A stretch of 64,000 nt of DNA from an uncultured cyanobacterium (GTDB lineage: Bacteria; Cyanobacteriota; Cyanobacteriia; Cyanobacteriales; CAWUOF01), in the NCBI GenBank assembly GCA_963744145.1, contig CAVUSO010000001.1, positions 7,136,001 through 7,200,000 on the forward strand, written 5' to 3'. Below, piece by piece: positions 19,288-29,698 of this stretch. Below the pieces are notes generated by a model, which saw nothing but the letters and a program-made list of their open reading frames with translations, was not told the DNA's origin and searched no databases. Made by a program: the position numbers and the translations under genes. The first letter of the stretch is position 1, and every line of letters starts with the position of its first letter.

Positions 19288-20379
19288 TTGTTTATTCCCC
19301 TAAACATGAATCAAAAACCTGCAAGTTATTTTGGAAATTGCCTAAATAGTTTGGCATTAATTCGCTTTTTATTATTCTTTGTTTCTGGTTGGGCATTAGT
19401 CCAATGTTTGACTTATTTTCAAAGCATAATTGTCATTTTTATATTTGCTGCAATTTTAGCGTTTTTACTGAGCTATCCCGCTCGATTACTAAGTTCTTTT
19501 TTACCACATAACTTTGCCGTTAGTTTAGTTTTTTTATTGAGTATTTTAATCCTGTTAATTCTTACCATTACAGTGGGAGTATCAATTTCATCCCAAGAGC
19601 ATGAACTGTTAGAGAGTGTCACTACTTTTTTTAGCACCCTTAAACCTTTAGTAGAAAATTTAGAACAATTTCTGCGTCATCGCAATCTTCATGTAGATTT
19701 ACGGGGGATTGAAGAACCTTTACGAAATCAAGCTTTAGCATTTATTGGGGGAATTATCAGCATTTTTCAAATCTTATTTACAAATCTAATTACTTTAATG
19801 CTCATTGCGGTGGTAGCATTTTTCATGTTATTAGATGGGGAAAAACTCTGGTATTTTCTCCTCAGATTATTTCCCAGTCAGATTGGCGATCGCATTACTA
19901 GTATCATTCAGCGGAATTTTTTGGGATTTTTTCGCGGACAGTTAATTCTATGTTTATTTCTTAGTATTTCGAGCTTTATTGTGTTTTTAATTTTGCAAAT
20001 ACCTTTTGCTTTAATCTTAGCGTTGACCATCGGATTGCTTGATCTAATTCCAGGAATTGGGGCGACATTAGGAATTGGGTTAACTGGTTTAATCTTATTA
20101 CCTAAAAGTGTTTGGTTAGCTATGCAAGTATTGATAATTTGTCTAATTCTTCAACAAATTCAAGATAATTTAGTGACTCCAAGGGTAATGCAAAATTCTC
20201 TCAACCTAAACCCAGTAGTAGTATTTTTTGCCTTATTAGTAGGTGCAAAAATTGCTGGTCTACTGGGAATTTTCTTAGCAATTCCCAGCACGGGAGTATT
20301 AGTAAGTTTATTTGAACTTGAAGAGATGAAGTCTGTTTCAGCAGCAGCAAAAGAATTAACAGATCACGAACAAATCTAA
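19288..20379 (+). CDS. AI-2E family transporter
   Basis: FFRGQL, DLIPGIGA, QQIQDNLVTPRVM, LNPV..FFALLVG. Confidence 0.9.
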   Translation: MFIPLNMNQKPASYFGNCLNSLALIRFLLFFVSGWALVQCLTYFQSIIVIFIFAAILAFLLSYPARLLSSFLPHNFAVSLVFLLSILILLILTITVGVSISSQEHELLESVTTFFSTLKPLVENLEQFLRHRNLHVDLRGIEEPLRNQALAFIGGIISIFQILFTNLITLMLIAVVAFFMLLDGEKLWYFLLRLFPSQIGDRITSIIQRNFLGFFRGQLILCLFLSISSFIVFLILQIPFALILALTIGLLDLIPGIGATLGIGLTGLILLPKSVWLAMQVLIICLILQQIQDNLVTPRVMQNSLNLNPVVVFFALLVGAKIAGLLGIFLAIPSTGVLVSLFELEEMKSVSAAAKELTDHEQI

Positions 20380-20390
20380 ATCAACATGAA

Positions 20391-21029
20391 TCAGCGACCG
20401 ATCCCCAGACTAGCACCAGTATGACCAGTAGTGATCCATAAAATTGCCCTAACTCCATCACGAATTGATTTTTCCAGAGGTTCGGGCGATCGCTTGGAGG
20501 GAACAGACATAGGTTTAAAAGTAATTCCCCGACTACCAAGCACAATTTCACCAATCACACAAGCGCGACGCATATGGTCATCAGAAGTAACCAAATAAAT
20601 ACTGGTGATCCCTTGCTGATGAAATTCATCAACCAATGTAGTAAAATTCGTCACAGTATCTTGAGCGCGACTATCTAAATGAACACGCCCAAGGTTGATC
20701 CCCGCTTGAGAAAACACCCATTCTGAGTATTCGCGATTACTACCACTCGATACCCAAATTTGCAGATGGGGATACTGACGAGCAAATTTAGCGGCAAAAA
20801 TTTCGCGATTTTTATCACCTCCGAGAACTAACATCGCTTGAGGGTGAGTGAAATAAGTTTTAATTGCTCTTTGTCCAATCCAACCAGCGATCGCGGTAGA
20901 GATTACCAACAACACAGATAGAAAAAGACTACCTCTAAATCTGCTAGAAGCCTCTTGATGAAAAGAGATAGAGTTTCTCCTACCCCGTTGATGTTGGTTA
21001 CTAGGAGATATTTTTAATAACATGAGCAT
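20391..21029 (-). CDS. YdcF/DUF218 family protein
   Basis: LVLGG, AQDTVTNF, LVTSDDHMRRA. Confidence 0.85.
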   Translation of the reverse strand: MLMLLKISPSNQHQRGRRNSISFHQEASSRFRGSLFLSVLLVISTAIAGWIGQRAIKTYFTHPQAMLVLGGDKNREIFAAKFARQYPHLQIWVSSGSNREYSEWVFSQAGINLGRVHLDSRAQDTVTNFTTLVDEFHQQGITSIYLVTSDDHMRRACVIGEIVLGSRGITFKPMSVPSKRSPEPLEKSIRDGVRAILWITTGHTGASLGIGR

Positions 21030-21115
21030 TTAAGTTGGATGCACTGCCAATATCTAAGCAAATCAACAATCAACAACAATAACACAAGCACAACCACTAA
21101 AAATATGTCAGATAA

Positions 21116-21427
21116 CGGGACTGGCCGGATTTGAACCGGCGACCTAGCGCTTCAGATTTGCGTGAGTTTCCCCACTTTCTGGACTATACCTTCACCTTAG
21201 ACCAAAAGTCATTAGGTGGTGGCCGTCTAGTCTCTACACCTTCCTACGCTCAACGATCAATTAATATGTAGGTTGAGCATCAGGCTTGGCTCGGTATTCC
21301 CTTAGAATTAAACCAAGGTAAAACACTTTAGGGTTCACCGACTTTGACCACATTCACTCATTGAGTTTCCCCAATGGTGCCCGATTTTTCAGGAGGCGCT
21401 CGCTCTATCCAACTGAGCTACAACCCC
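21116..21427 (-). tRNA. tRNA-Arg(CCU) with intron; exons 21427-21391 and 21152-21116
   Basis: Joined exons give anticodon arm AGCGC CT CCT AA GCGCT, D-arm TAGCTCAGTTGGATAGAGC and T-arm GCCGG TTCAAAT CCGGC. Confidence 0.95.
21153..21390 (-). ncRNA. Group I self-splicing intron, 238 nt
   Basis: Follows U of CCU and ends in G. P1 CCU/GGG with U-G pair; P AAAGTCGGTGAA; Q AATACCGAGCCAAG; R GTAGAGACTAGACGG; S GAAGGTATAGTCC. Confidence 0.92.
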
Positions 21428-21668
21428 AAAACTAGACATAGTATAGCAGTTTTTTGATGATTTTCCTGATCAATTGATCAGAAGAATACCAAGATTTCTG
21501 CCCAGGGGTGCCATTAACTTCTCATCTACATGGATAAATGTTGGTTTTCATGATATTTTTTCATATTCCCTAATCATCCCCTATCCCTAGTAGGGAAGGG
21601 GGTTGGGGGGTTAGGTCGATTAGGTGGGAATCGAGCAGGAAACAGCCCTGCATCTAAGCGAGTCCTCT

Positions 21669-22424
21669 TTAACTATTACCGATTTTATTACCGAAATTAC
21701 CATCATCTCTACCTTTGAGTAGGTTAAATTGACTGAGCAGCTTGACACTTTCGGGAGTGAGGAAACGTTGTAATTCTGCTACTTGATTTAATAGGGTAAT
21801 TTCGCGGGCAAATTCGTTTTGCAAAATTTCTAAATAGCGATCGCGAGGAGCACCATGAGGAGCTTCTTTGAGCAGATGAATGGCCATATTAATATTGGAC
21901 AAAGGATGACGCAGTTCCTGCGCTAAATTATTTAATAATTCATCTTTAGCTTCAGTAAACTGCTTGAGTTCTTGCATTTTTTGGGCTAATTCTTCAGCAC
22001 GTTGATGTTCATAAGTATAGCGCTGTGTGATAATTTCTTTTTTTGCGAGCCGAGTCGCGATCGCACCCAGCATATCTGCGCGAGTAAAAGGTTTGGTCAG
22101 ATAATCATCAGCTCCAAGGTCCATTCCTTGACGCAGATCTGACTGATCTGCTTTAGCTGTGAGGAAAATAAAAGGAATGGTGGCTGTGGTTGGCTCTTGT
22201 TGTAACTTACTTAATACCCCATAACCATCTAACTCGGGCATCATAATATCGCAGACAATCAAATCTGGCAGATATTCTCGTGCCATTTGCACCCCTACTA
22301 ACCCATTATCGGCACCTAAAGCATGAAATTTCTCAGCATTCAATAGTTTTAGTACGTTAGCACGAACGGTCGGCTCGTCATCAATCACCAAAATTTTTTT
22401 CATTATCAGTTCACCTATGGACAA
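21669..22424 (-). CDS. Response regulator with HisKA-like C-terminal domain
   Basis: LVIDDE, CDIMMP, FLTAK and KPF receiver motifs; LAQELRHPL output domain. Confidence 0.9.
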   Translation of the reverse strand: MSIGELIMKKILVIDDEPTVRANVLKLLNAEKFHALGADNGLVGVQMAREYLPDLIVCDIMMPELDGYGVLSKLQQEPTTATIPFIFLTAKADQSDLRQGMDLGADDYLTKPFTRADMLGAIATRLAKKEIITQRYTYEHQRAEELAQKMQELKQFTEAKDELLNNLAQELRHPLSNINMAIHLLKEAPHGAPRDRYLEILQNEFAREITLLNQVAELQRFLTPESVKLLSQFNLLKGRDDGNFGNKIGNS

Positions 22425-22556
22425 GTATGGTAATCAGTATGAACGGGCAGAGGGATTACAGAAAAGCCAGAAGCTCTTTTTTTTTCAAATGTTTTAAGTT
22501 TGAAAAATTAACTGTTGCAAATTAAATCGTGGTTAGTTACAATGAGTTCACTCCTA

Positions 22557-25028
22557 TTAACAGCTTTTTTGTAATGGTAACGCAACTACAAACTTAGTGC
22601 CTGCTCCAACTTGGCTACTCACAGAAATTTGGCCATGATGTAAATCTACACATTCCTTAACAATTGCCAAACCCAGACCAGTACCAGGGATATTACCGAC
22701 ATTTTTGCCCCGATGGAAAGAATCAAATAAAAATGGCTGGTCTTCTGGCAAAATCCCCAGACCTTGATCCTCAACTACCAAAATAATTTCTTCATTCATG
22801 TAGCTAAGTTCCAACTGTACCGTGCCACCATAAGGAGAATATTTAATCGCATTCGATAGTAAATTATTTAAAATTTGTCGTAATAGCTTTTCATCAGCAT
22901 ATACCCATAAAGGTTGTTCAGGACTAACAAAATTAATCACCGGACGTGAGTAAGTCAATGAGCGATGATCCTGGTCTGCTGGTTGATTAATCCTGGCTAA
23001 AGAATAATTACCAATTCTATGCACTAGCTCACGACAGAATTCATTCAGTTCTAAGGAAACGGGTTGAAATTGCAGTTTCCTCACTTGATTATGACCAATA
23101 AATAAAACTTCTTCTAACAGTTGAGTGATATGCTTAACTGCATCTTGGATGAAATGCAGTTGTTCCAAATTTTCTTCTTTAGTCCATTCATGTCCATAAT
23201 ACTCCAATAATTCTGCTGCTGATAAAATCGTACTTAAGGGAGTCCGAAATTCATGGGAAGTCATGGTGACAAAACGAGATTTCAGTTCGTTGAGTTCTTT
23301 TTCTTTGTCTAGAGCTTTACTAATTTCTGCTTGTGCTTGTTTGTCATCGGTAATATCCTCAGCAATTCCAGCAATCCGGTAGACTTCTCCAGTTTCATTG
23401 CGGATGGGAAAAGCTAAATCACGAATCCAACGGACAGAATTATCTGGACGAATAATCCGATATTCTTCCTTATATTCTCCCGGAGCTTGTTTTTCAAAAA
23501 TAGCTGCAAAAATCCGATCGCGATCTTCGGGATGAATTGCTTCCAACCAAGCTAGAGGTTGACTATATAAATCAGCACAAGTATAGCCCCAAATTTCTTC
23601 ATAAGCAGGACTAACATAGAGCATCACTGTTTTATCGACAGAAGTCATCCAAAAAACTTCACGGATATTTTCAGCTAATTCACGGAATCGGATCTCACTT
23701 TCTTTCAGAGCTTCTTCAATTTGCTTCCGCTTAGTAATATCCGTACTTGAGCCAGCCAGACGTTCGGGTTTACCACGATGATCTCGAAAAGCTTTACCAC
23801 GAGAGAGAAACCAACGAATACTACCATATTTATGTATAAGTCGATGTTCGATTTCAATTTGGGGAATTAATCCTTGGAGATGAGCAGATATAGTTTCTAA
23901 TCCTCGTTGCTGATCATCTGGATGTATTAGTTTGATCAACTCTTGTGGATCATGGGCAATTTCTTCATTATTTTCATATCCGAGCATTTTTTTTAAAATC
24001 GGAGCCAAATAAATTTCATTAGTGGTCAAATCGCAATCCCAAACACCCACCTGACCACCATTCACAGCCATGGTATATCGTTCTTCACTTAATCTCAAGG
24101 CTGATTCTACTCGATGACGTTCGTTAATTTCCGTCAGCAAACGACGGACCAGTTGTCTTAAAAAAGTAGTGCGCTCCTCTACTTTACTCTCTAAATATTC
24201 ATTTATTTTTTTGAGAGCAAATTCACCTTGTTTAGTGATTGTAATATCAAGTAATATCCCAATAATCGCTGGTTTTCCATCTAAATCGATTCTCGTTCCA
24301 TGTACTTCTACATCAATCAAACTACCATTTTTATGTTGAAAATGTAGTAAATAGCGTAGACTCTTAACTTCTCCTTCCAATCGTTTACGAATATTTTCAG
24401 CCACCAAATCTCGGTCTTCTGGTGCGATAAAATTTAATACAGGTTGACCGATCATTTCGGTGAGTGAGTATCCAGAAATTTCTGCTAATGTTGGATTTGC
24501 ATAAGCAATTAGACCATCCTGAATCACATAAATACCAACTAGAGATAATTCAACTAGATTGCGGAATTTCTCTTCACTTTTGCGAAGTGCTGCTTCAGTT
24601 TGTTTTAGTTGTTGTTCAATTTTTCTCTTTTCTGCTTGTCGTTTTTCAGCCAGATTTTTTTTAGTTTGTATCGCTGATGCTACCACTTGTCCTAACTGGT
24701 TTAATTCCTCTTGATGGAGATAATCAGTTGCTCCAGCTTTCATACACTCCACAGCTAGTTTTTGGTTGAGCCGATCGGTAATAACTATTAAGGGAATATC
24801 TAATTGTTTTTCACCTAGCAACTTTAGTAGCTCTAGAGGAGCAGACTCTGATTGACTATTTCCTTGGATAATAACTTGGAAACTCTCATCCAAATGGTCT
24901 AGATCATCTTCAGAATTCAATCCACATTGCCACTCTGGCTGATAACCAAACTGACGCAATTGCTCAAGGATTATTTCTGCATCAGTGCGGGAGTGATCTA
25001 GCATTAAAAGCCGGATTGCATTTGACAT
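22557..25028 (-). CDS. Hybrid sensor kinase (degenerate REC, 3 PAS, HisKA, HATPase)
   Basis: SHEFRTPL, NLLSNAIKY, DQGLGI, GTGLGL; PAS/PAC repeats. Confidence 0.92.
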   Translation of the reverse strand: MSNAIRLLMLDHSRTDAEIILEQLRQFGYQPEWQCGLNSEDDLDHLDESFQVIIQGNSQSESAPLELLKLLGEKQLDIPLIVITDRLNQKLAVECMKAGATDYLHQEELNQLGQVVASAIQTKKNLAEKRQAEKRKIEQQLKQTEAALRKSEEKFRNLVELSLVGIYVIQDGLIAYANPTLAEISGYSLTEMIGQPVLNFIAPEDRDLVAENIRKRLEGEVKSLRYLLHFQHKNGSLIDVEVHGTRIDLDGKPAIIGILLDITITKQGEFALKKINEYLESKVEERTTFLRQLVRRLLTEINERHRVESALRLSEERYTMAVNGGQVGVWDCDLTTNEIYLAPILKKMLGYENNEEIAHDPQELIKLIHPDDQQRGLETISAHLQGLIPQIEIEHRLIHKYGSIRWFLSRGKAFRDHRGKPERLAGSSTDITKRKQIEEALKESEIRFRELAENIREVFWMTSVDKTVMLYVSPAYEEIWGYTCADLYSQPLAWLEAIHPEDRDRIFAAIFEKQAPGEYKEEYRIIRPDNSVRWIRDLAFPIRNETGEVYRIAGIAEDITDDKQAQAEISKALDKEKELNELKSRFVTMTSHEFRTPLSTILSAAELLEYYGHEWTKEENLEQLHFIQDAVKHITQLLEEVLFIGHNQVRKLQFQPVSLELNEFCRELVHRIGNYSLARINQPADQDHRSLTYSRPVINFVSPEQPLWVYADEKLLRQILNNLLSNAIKYSPYGGTVQLELSYMNEEIILVVEDQGLGILPEDQPFLFDSFHRGKNVGNIPGTGLGLAIVKECVDLHHGQISVSSQVGAGTKFVVALPLQKSC

Positions 25029-25053
25029 ATCTTAGCACGATTAAAATCGAGAA

Positions 25054-25255
25054 GTTAGGCCAGGGCAGGTTTATAATAATGATCTATTGGTGACAGAATT
25101 GATTGGTGAACCTGCCCCTACCAATTTTATCCTCAATTTGTGGATTTCTGTAGGGGTGGGTTCACCGATATTTTGACAATTTGCCCACTAATCATCAAAA
25201 CCCACCCCCACCCACAGATCAATTCTATCAATGTATCTTCATCATCAATCGGTAT
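25054..25255 (+). mobile_element. Partial copy of the 6890..7186 MITE family
   Basis: GTTAGGCCAGGGCAGGTTTATAAT...CAATGTATCTTCAT...GGTA matches the xisH MITE. Confidence 0.8.
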
Positions 25256-25299
25256 AACATATAAATATGTTTTAAGAATCAAGAGTTAGAGCAATTACG

Positions 25300-28200
25300 G
25301 TGAAAACACTATTTGAAATTTGCACACCTAGACCTGATGTACTTAAAGGAAGTTTACGTGATTCAGATTTGGCTGCTGATCTGGCTCAAGTCATTTCCGG
25401 AACTGCTCCTGATGAATATAAGCGACCAGAGTTATTTTTTGCGAATACCTATCCAACTCAAGGTTTAAAAGCATTACTAAAAAATGTCTGTCAACGATTG
25501 AGTGGACAGGGTGGGGCAATTGCTGCGGTTTTTCGACTGGATACTCAGTATGGTGGTGGTAAGACCCATAGCTTAATTGCTCTTACTCATGCAGCAAGAG
25601 GGATGGAAGGTGTTACTAATATTGACGAATTTTGCGATCGCACTCTTATTCCCACCACTAAAGTTCGTCTAGCTGCTTTTGATGGTGAAAATGCTGATCC
25701 TGTCAATGGTCGTCTATTAGAAAATGGATTGCGTGCTTTTACTCCTTGGGGGGAAATAGCTTATGCTTTAGCTGGTTTAGCGGGTTATGAAAAAGTAAAA
25801 AATAGCGATATCGCAAGAGTCGCACCAGGTGCAGATACCATTAGAGAACTGTTTGGTGACGAACCAGTTCTCATCTTATTAGATGAACTATCGATATATC
25901 TTAGAAAAGCTAGTGGGAGAGGAGAGGAAAATCAGCTTACACCATTTCTAACAGCGTTATTTAAAGCAGTTAGTTCCTCTGAGCGTGCTTGTGTTGTATT
26001 TACCTTAGCGATCGGTAAAGATGGTAGAGCAAGTGATGCTTATTCTGATGAAAATGAACTTATTGCTAGTAAAATCGAGGAAGCGACTCAAGTAGCAGCA
26101 CGAGTAGCTACCCTACTTAATCCCACAACTGAACAGGAAACAGTGCAAGTTTTGCGTCGGAGATTATTTAGTCAAATTGATGAGATTGCTGCTCAAGAAG
26201 TAATTGCAGCTTATGAGAAATTATGGATTAATCATAGTAGTTATTTACCCACAGGTAGATTTAGTCATGATCGATTAGAAGCTTTGCGTAGTGGTTTCCC
26301 TTTTCATCCTACACTAATGGATTTAATGATCGATAAATTATCGACTTTAAGCAATTTTCAGAGAGTGCGGGGAATGCTCCGGTTATTAACAAATACCGTT
26401 GCTTATTTGTGGAAAGAGCAACCAAAAAATACCTATACAATTCATTTACACCATATAAATCCAGGATATGAACCACTCCGCAATGAGTTAGTGACAAGAC
26501 TAGATTTTGGTAGATTCGATCCTGCGATTCAGAACGATGTCTCATCAAGAGATGGGAATTCAGCGTTAGCAGAGCAACTTGATCTTCAGTATTATGGAGG
26601 ATTGGCTCCCTATTCTTCCTTTGTTGCGAGAACAGTCCTGTGGAATACCTTTGCTTTTAATGAAAACTTGCAAGGGATTGATGAGGTCAATCTACGTTAT
26701 GCTATTCTTGCACCAACTCTTGATATCAGTTTTATCAACGATGCTCGTCAGAAATTTGTAACAGAATCTGCTTATTTAGACGATCGTCCTGCTGCACCTT
26801 TACGATTTTTGAGCGAGGTTAACTTAAGCGTATTGATTCGCAGACAGTCAAAACAGGTTGATTTATCAATTGCTAGAACTGAGCTTAACGATCGCATTCG
26901 TGAGATCTTCAAAGGTAAGGAATTAAACCTAGTGCTAAATCCTGGAGGACCGCACGATGTACCTGATGATGTTGGTGATGGTCGTCCAAATTTAGTCTTA
27001 ATTTCCTATGATGCAGAAACAGTGCGAAGTGAGTCTCTTACTGTACCCCAATTGGTTGAGAATATTTATCAAACCCAGGGTTCTCAGGGTAAACCACGTC
27101 AATTAAAAAATAACTTGGTTTTTCTAGTAGCAGATGATGCAACCCGCGATGAGATGAAAAATAAGATGATTTATCGGTTAGCACTCGAAGCAATGCGACA
27201 AACCGATCGTCTGAATCAGTTAGCACCCTATCAGCAGGATAAAGTAAATGAGCTTTATCGTAAGTCGGAACAGGAAATTGCGATCGCGATTCAACAATGT
27301 TATCGACATCTGTTTTATCCATCTAAAAATAACCCGATCGAGGGTGCAAGTGTTGACTTAGGACATATTGCTTTTGATTTACCATCAACATCAGATGCAC
27401 CAGGGAAGGGACAAAATCAGATATTGCGTGCATTAAGCGAATATACTAATCCCTCTAAATTACTTCGTAGTGAGGATAAACCCACTTCACCTAATTATGT
27501 GCGCGATCAGACAACCCTCAGAAAAGGACAGATATCAACCTTAGAATTACGTTTAGAGTTTCGCAAAAATACCAAATTTTCGATTATGCTTGGCGATGAT
27601 AATTTTAAAGCATTGATTCGTCAAGGAGTTGAAGAAAATGTTTTTGTCTATCAGCGTGGTGATTTGATTTTTGGTAAGGGTGAACCACCTGTGGAAATCT
27701 TAATCGATCAAGATTCATATATTTATACAGCGGATCATGCTAAGGAAAAAGGAATTTTTCCCCGTCCTCCTGTTGAGCAACCAACTACTCCGACTACTCC
27801 TGAAGTAAATTATGGGGATGGATTGACAAGTAGGAAAATAAATGCTAAAGACGATCGAGACTCTTATGACTCAAGTTCTACCGGAACAGAGACTAAGGGA
27901 GATCCACCTAAAGTAAAGGTTTTTAAAGCAGAAGCACCATTACGGGAAGCTTTAACAAAAATTTGGGAAGATGCTCAAAGTGCAAAGGTATCGAAGCTAA
28001 AGTCTTTGAGTTTGCGGGTATTTGATCCGACCGATGCGTTTAAACTGATTGGTGCGATCGCTCAAGTTACTAATGCTGAGAAGGAGGTAAAGATTAGTGC
28101 TGAATACGAAACAAATGATGGTAGCAGTTTTCAGATAGAATTTACAGGAAAGCCCACAGATGCACAACCAATTAAGGACTTTTTACAACCACAACTGCGG

Positions 28201-28356
28201 GCTGCTGCGGACAAAGACCTAGACACTACTTTATTATTAACCTACCCTAATGGACTCGACTTAAATAGTAAGGAGCCAGCAAATTTGTCTGAAAAGTTAA
28301 CTCGTTTTGCCACAGGTGCAGTATTTGTAGAAGCTTATGCGGAGGCACAAGATTGA
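25300..28356 (+). CDS. DUF499 AAA-type ATPase of a restriction-like defence system
   Basis: FFANTYPT.GL, YGGGKTHSLIAL Walker A, LILLDEL Walker B, LRRRLF, FPFHP, FQRVRGMLRLL. Confidence 0.9.
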   Translation: MKTLFEICTPRPDVLKGSLRDSDLAADLAQVISGTAPDEYKRPELFFANTYPTQGLKALLKNVCQRLSGQGGAIAAVFRLDTQYGGGKTHSLIALTHAARGMEGVTNIDEFCDRTLIPTTKVRLAAFDGENADPVNGRLLENGLRAFTPWGEIAYALAGLAGYEKVKNSDIARVAPGADTIRELFGDEPVLILLDELSIYLRKASGRGEENQLTPFLTALFKAVSSSERACVVFTLAIGKDGRASDAYSDENELIASKIEEATQVAARVATLLNPTTEQETVQVLRRRLFSQIDEIAAQEVIAAYEKLWINHSSYLPTGRFSHDRLEALRSGFPFHPTLMDLMIDKLSTLSNFQRVRGMLRLLTNTVAYLWKEQPKNTYTIHLHHINPGYEPLRNELVTRLDFGRFDPAIQNDVSSRDGNSALAEQLDLQYYGGLAPYSSFVARTVLWNTFAFNENLQGIDEVNLRYAILAPTLDISFINDARQKFVTESAYLDDRPAAPLRFLSEVNLSVLIRRQSKQVDLSIARTELNDRIREIFKGKELNLVLNPGGPHDVPDDVGDGRPNLVLISYDAETVRSESLTVPQLVENIYQTQGSQGKPRQLKNNLVFLVADDATRDEMKNKMIYRLALEAMRQTDRLNQLAPYQQDKVNELYRKSEQEIAIAIQQCYRHLFYPSKNNPIEGASVDLGHIAFDLPSTSDAPGKGQNQILRALSEYTNPSKLLRSEDKPTSPNYVRDQTTLRKGQISTLELRLEFRKNTKFSIMLGDDNFKALIRQGVEENVFVYQRGDLIFGKGEPPVEILIDQDSYIYTADHAKEKGIFPRPPVEQPTTPTTPEVNYGDGLTSRKINAKDDRDSYDSSSTGTETKGDPPKVKVFKAEAPLREALTKIWEDAQSAKVSKLKSLSLRVFDPTDAFKLIGAIAQVTNAEKEVKISAEYETNDGSSFQIEFTGKPTDAQPIKDFLQPQLRAAADKDLDTTLLLTYPNGLDLNSKEPANLSEKLTRFATGAVFVEAYAEAQD

Positions 28357-28862
28357 TTCAAATAATTGAACCAAAAATCAGCACAAAAAATCGGATAAAT
28401 AACTCTTCTAATAGTGCTGAAAACCTGAGCCACTATCCTGTTTATGAATTAAGGGCGCGACGACTTAATGCTAGTGACAATGAGCTAGAAATATGGCAAT
28501 TACCTTCTTTAGCGACATCGCACCTAAAAGCACCCAAACGCATTGCTGGTTTACATGGTAGAAATTTAGCTTTAATCGAGCCTCGTTTGTTGCGTCAACT
28601 CAAACAAATAGGGATTGATTTGACAAAGCTAAAGGTTAAAGCGATCGCACATTTTGGATTAGATGAGGACAATGCTTTACGTTTGGGCTTAATGTTTCGG
28701 ATTTTGGCTCCCATGCGAAATCGGGATAGGATGGGTGAATGTACAGAAGGGATTGAAGCAATGGGTAAAGAAGAAGCTGCTTATTGGTTGGGTATGGCCA
28801 TGCACCGAAAGAACCCTCGACGGGTCTTGACTGCGTTACGATATTTATTAACTGAACGGTAA
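28353..28862 (+). CDS. Small accessory protein (DUF3780-like position)
   Basis: Overlaps the ATPase stop codon; EEAAYWL...ALR.LL C-terminal helix; called mainly from synteny. Confidence 0.65.
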   Translation: MIQIIEPKISTKNRINNSSNSAENLSHYPVYELRARRLNASDNELEIWQLPSLATSHLKAPKRIAGLHGRNLALIEPRLLRQLKQIGIDLTKLKVKAIAHFGLDEDNALRLGLMFRILAPMRNRDRMGECTEGIEAMGKEEAAYWLGMAMHRKNPRRVLTALRYLLTER

Positions 28863-28877
28863 AAATATGGATAACCC

Positions 28878-29163
28878 GTTGATGAAGTACATTCAATTAT
28901 CTCGTTTGGTTGGGCGGGTTTATGATGGTGATCTGTTTGGATCAGAATTAATTGGTGAACCCGCCCCTACAAATCCTGGTTGATTGTCATCATAAATTCA
29001 TCGACTTTTTGGTAAATAATCCCAGATCCGAATATATTTATCACCTGTAGGGGCGGGTTCACCGATGAATCTGCCACACATAAATAACCCTTGTGCCGAG
29101 CGCAGTCGAGGTATTAATGAACCCGCCCTGCCCCACAGATCACCTTAATGAACCTACCCATCT
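28878..29163 (+). mobile_element. Truncated copy of the MITE at 50514..50858
   Basis: GTTGATGAAGTACATTCA...GAACCTACCC near-identical to 50527-50806. Confidence 0.85.
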
Positions 29164-29198
29164 CACATCACTGCGTTGAATTCACCCTAAAAATGCCA

Positions 29199-29258
29199 AT
29201 GAATAGAAAAATCCTATTACAACAAAAAAAAGCAGATATTTTGGCGATCGCTCAAAAA
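29199..29258 (+). pseudogene. N-terminal remnant of a minimal nucleotidyltransferase antitoxin
   Basis: MNRKILLQQKKADILAIAQK resembles MNT N-termini. Confidence 0.45.
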
Positions 29259-29284
29259 CCAAGAATTCCTCAAAATGAAACAAG

Positions 29285-29550
29285 AACAGCATTATGTCCG
29301 GATTTGTAGGGGCAAAGCATTTCGGCGAATAAATTATGACATAGACACAGAGAACTAGGACCGAAATGCTTTGCCCTCAGCCATTTATGAAGCCAACAGA
29401 TTGACTAGATCAACAGCATTATGTCCGGATTTGTAGGATTTGTAGGGGCAAAGCATTTCGGCGAATAAATTATGACATAGACACAGAGAACTAGAACCGA
29501 AATGCTTTGCCCTCAGCCATTTATGAAGCCAACAGATTGACTAGATCAAC
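29285..29550 (+). repeat. Tandem duplication of a ~127-bp REP-containing unit
   Basis: AACAGCATTATGTCCGGATTTGTAGG...GATTGACTAGATC occurs twice. Confidence 0.9.
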
Positions 29551-29698
29551 CAAATAGAAATGTTTGATAATTGTCGCGGGGGCTGGGCGAAGCATTACCC
29601 AAATAGAGTTATCATTATAGATCATAAATTGTCGTGGGTAATGCTTCGCCCCTACGGGTGTTATGATCATTTATATAGATTAACTATACATAGAAAAA

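Noticed and set aside
29285..29550. Duplicated 127-bp unit as CRISPR or ncRNA array
   Set aside because: Two copies without a spacer; it is a REP-type hairpin also present at ~13960-14090.
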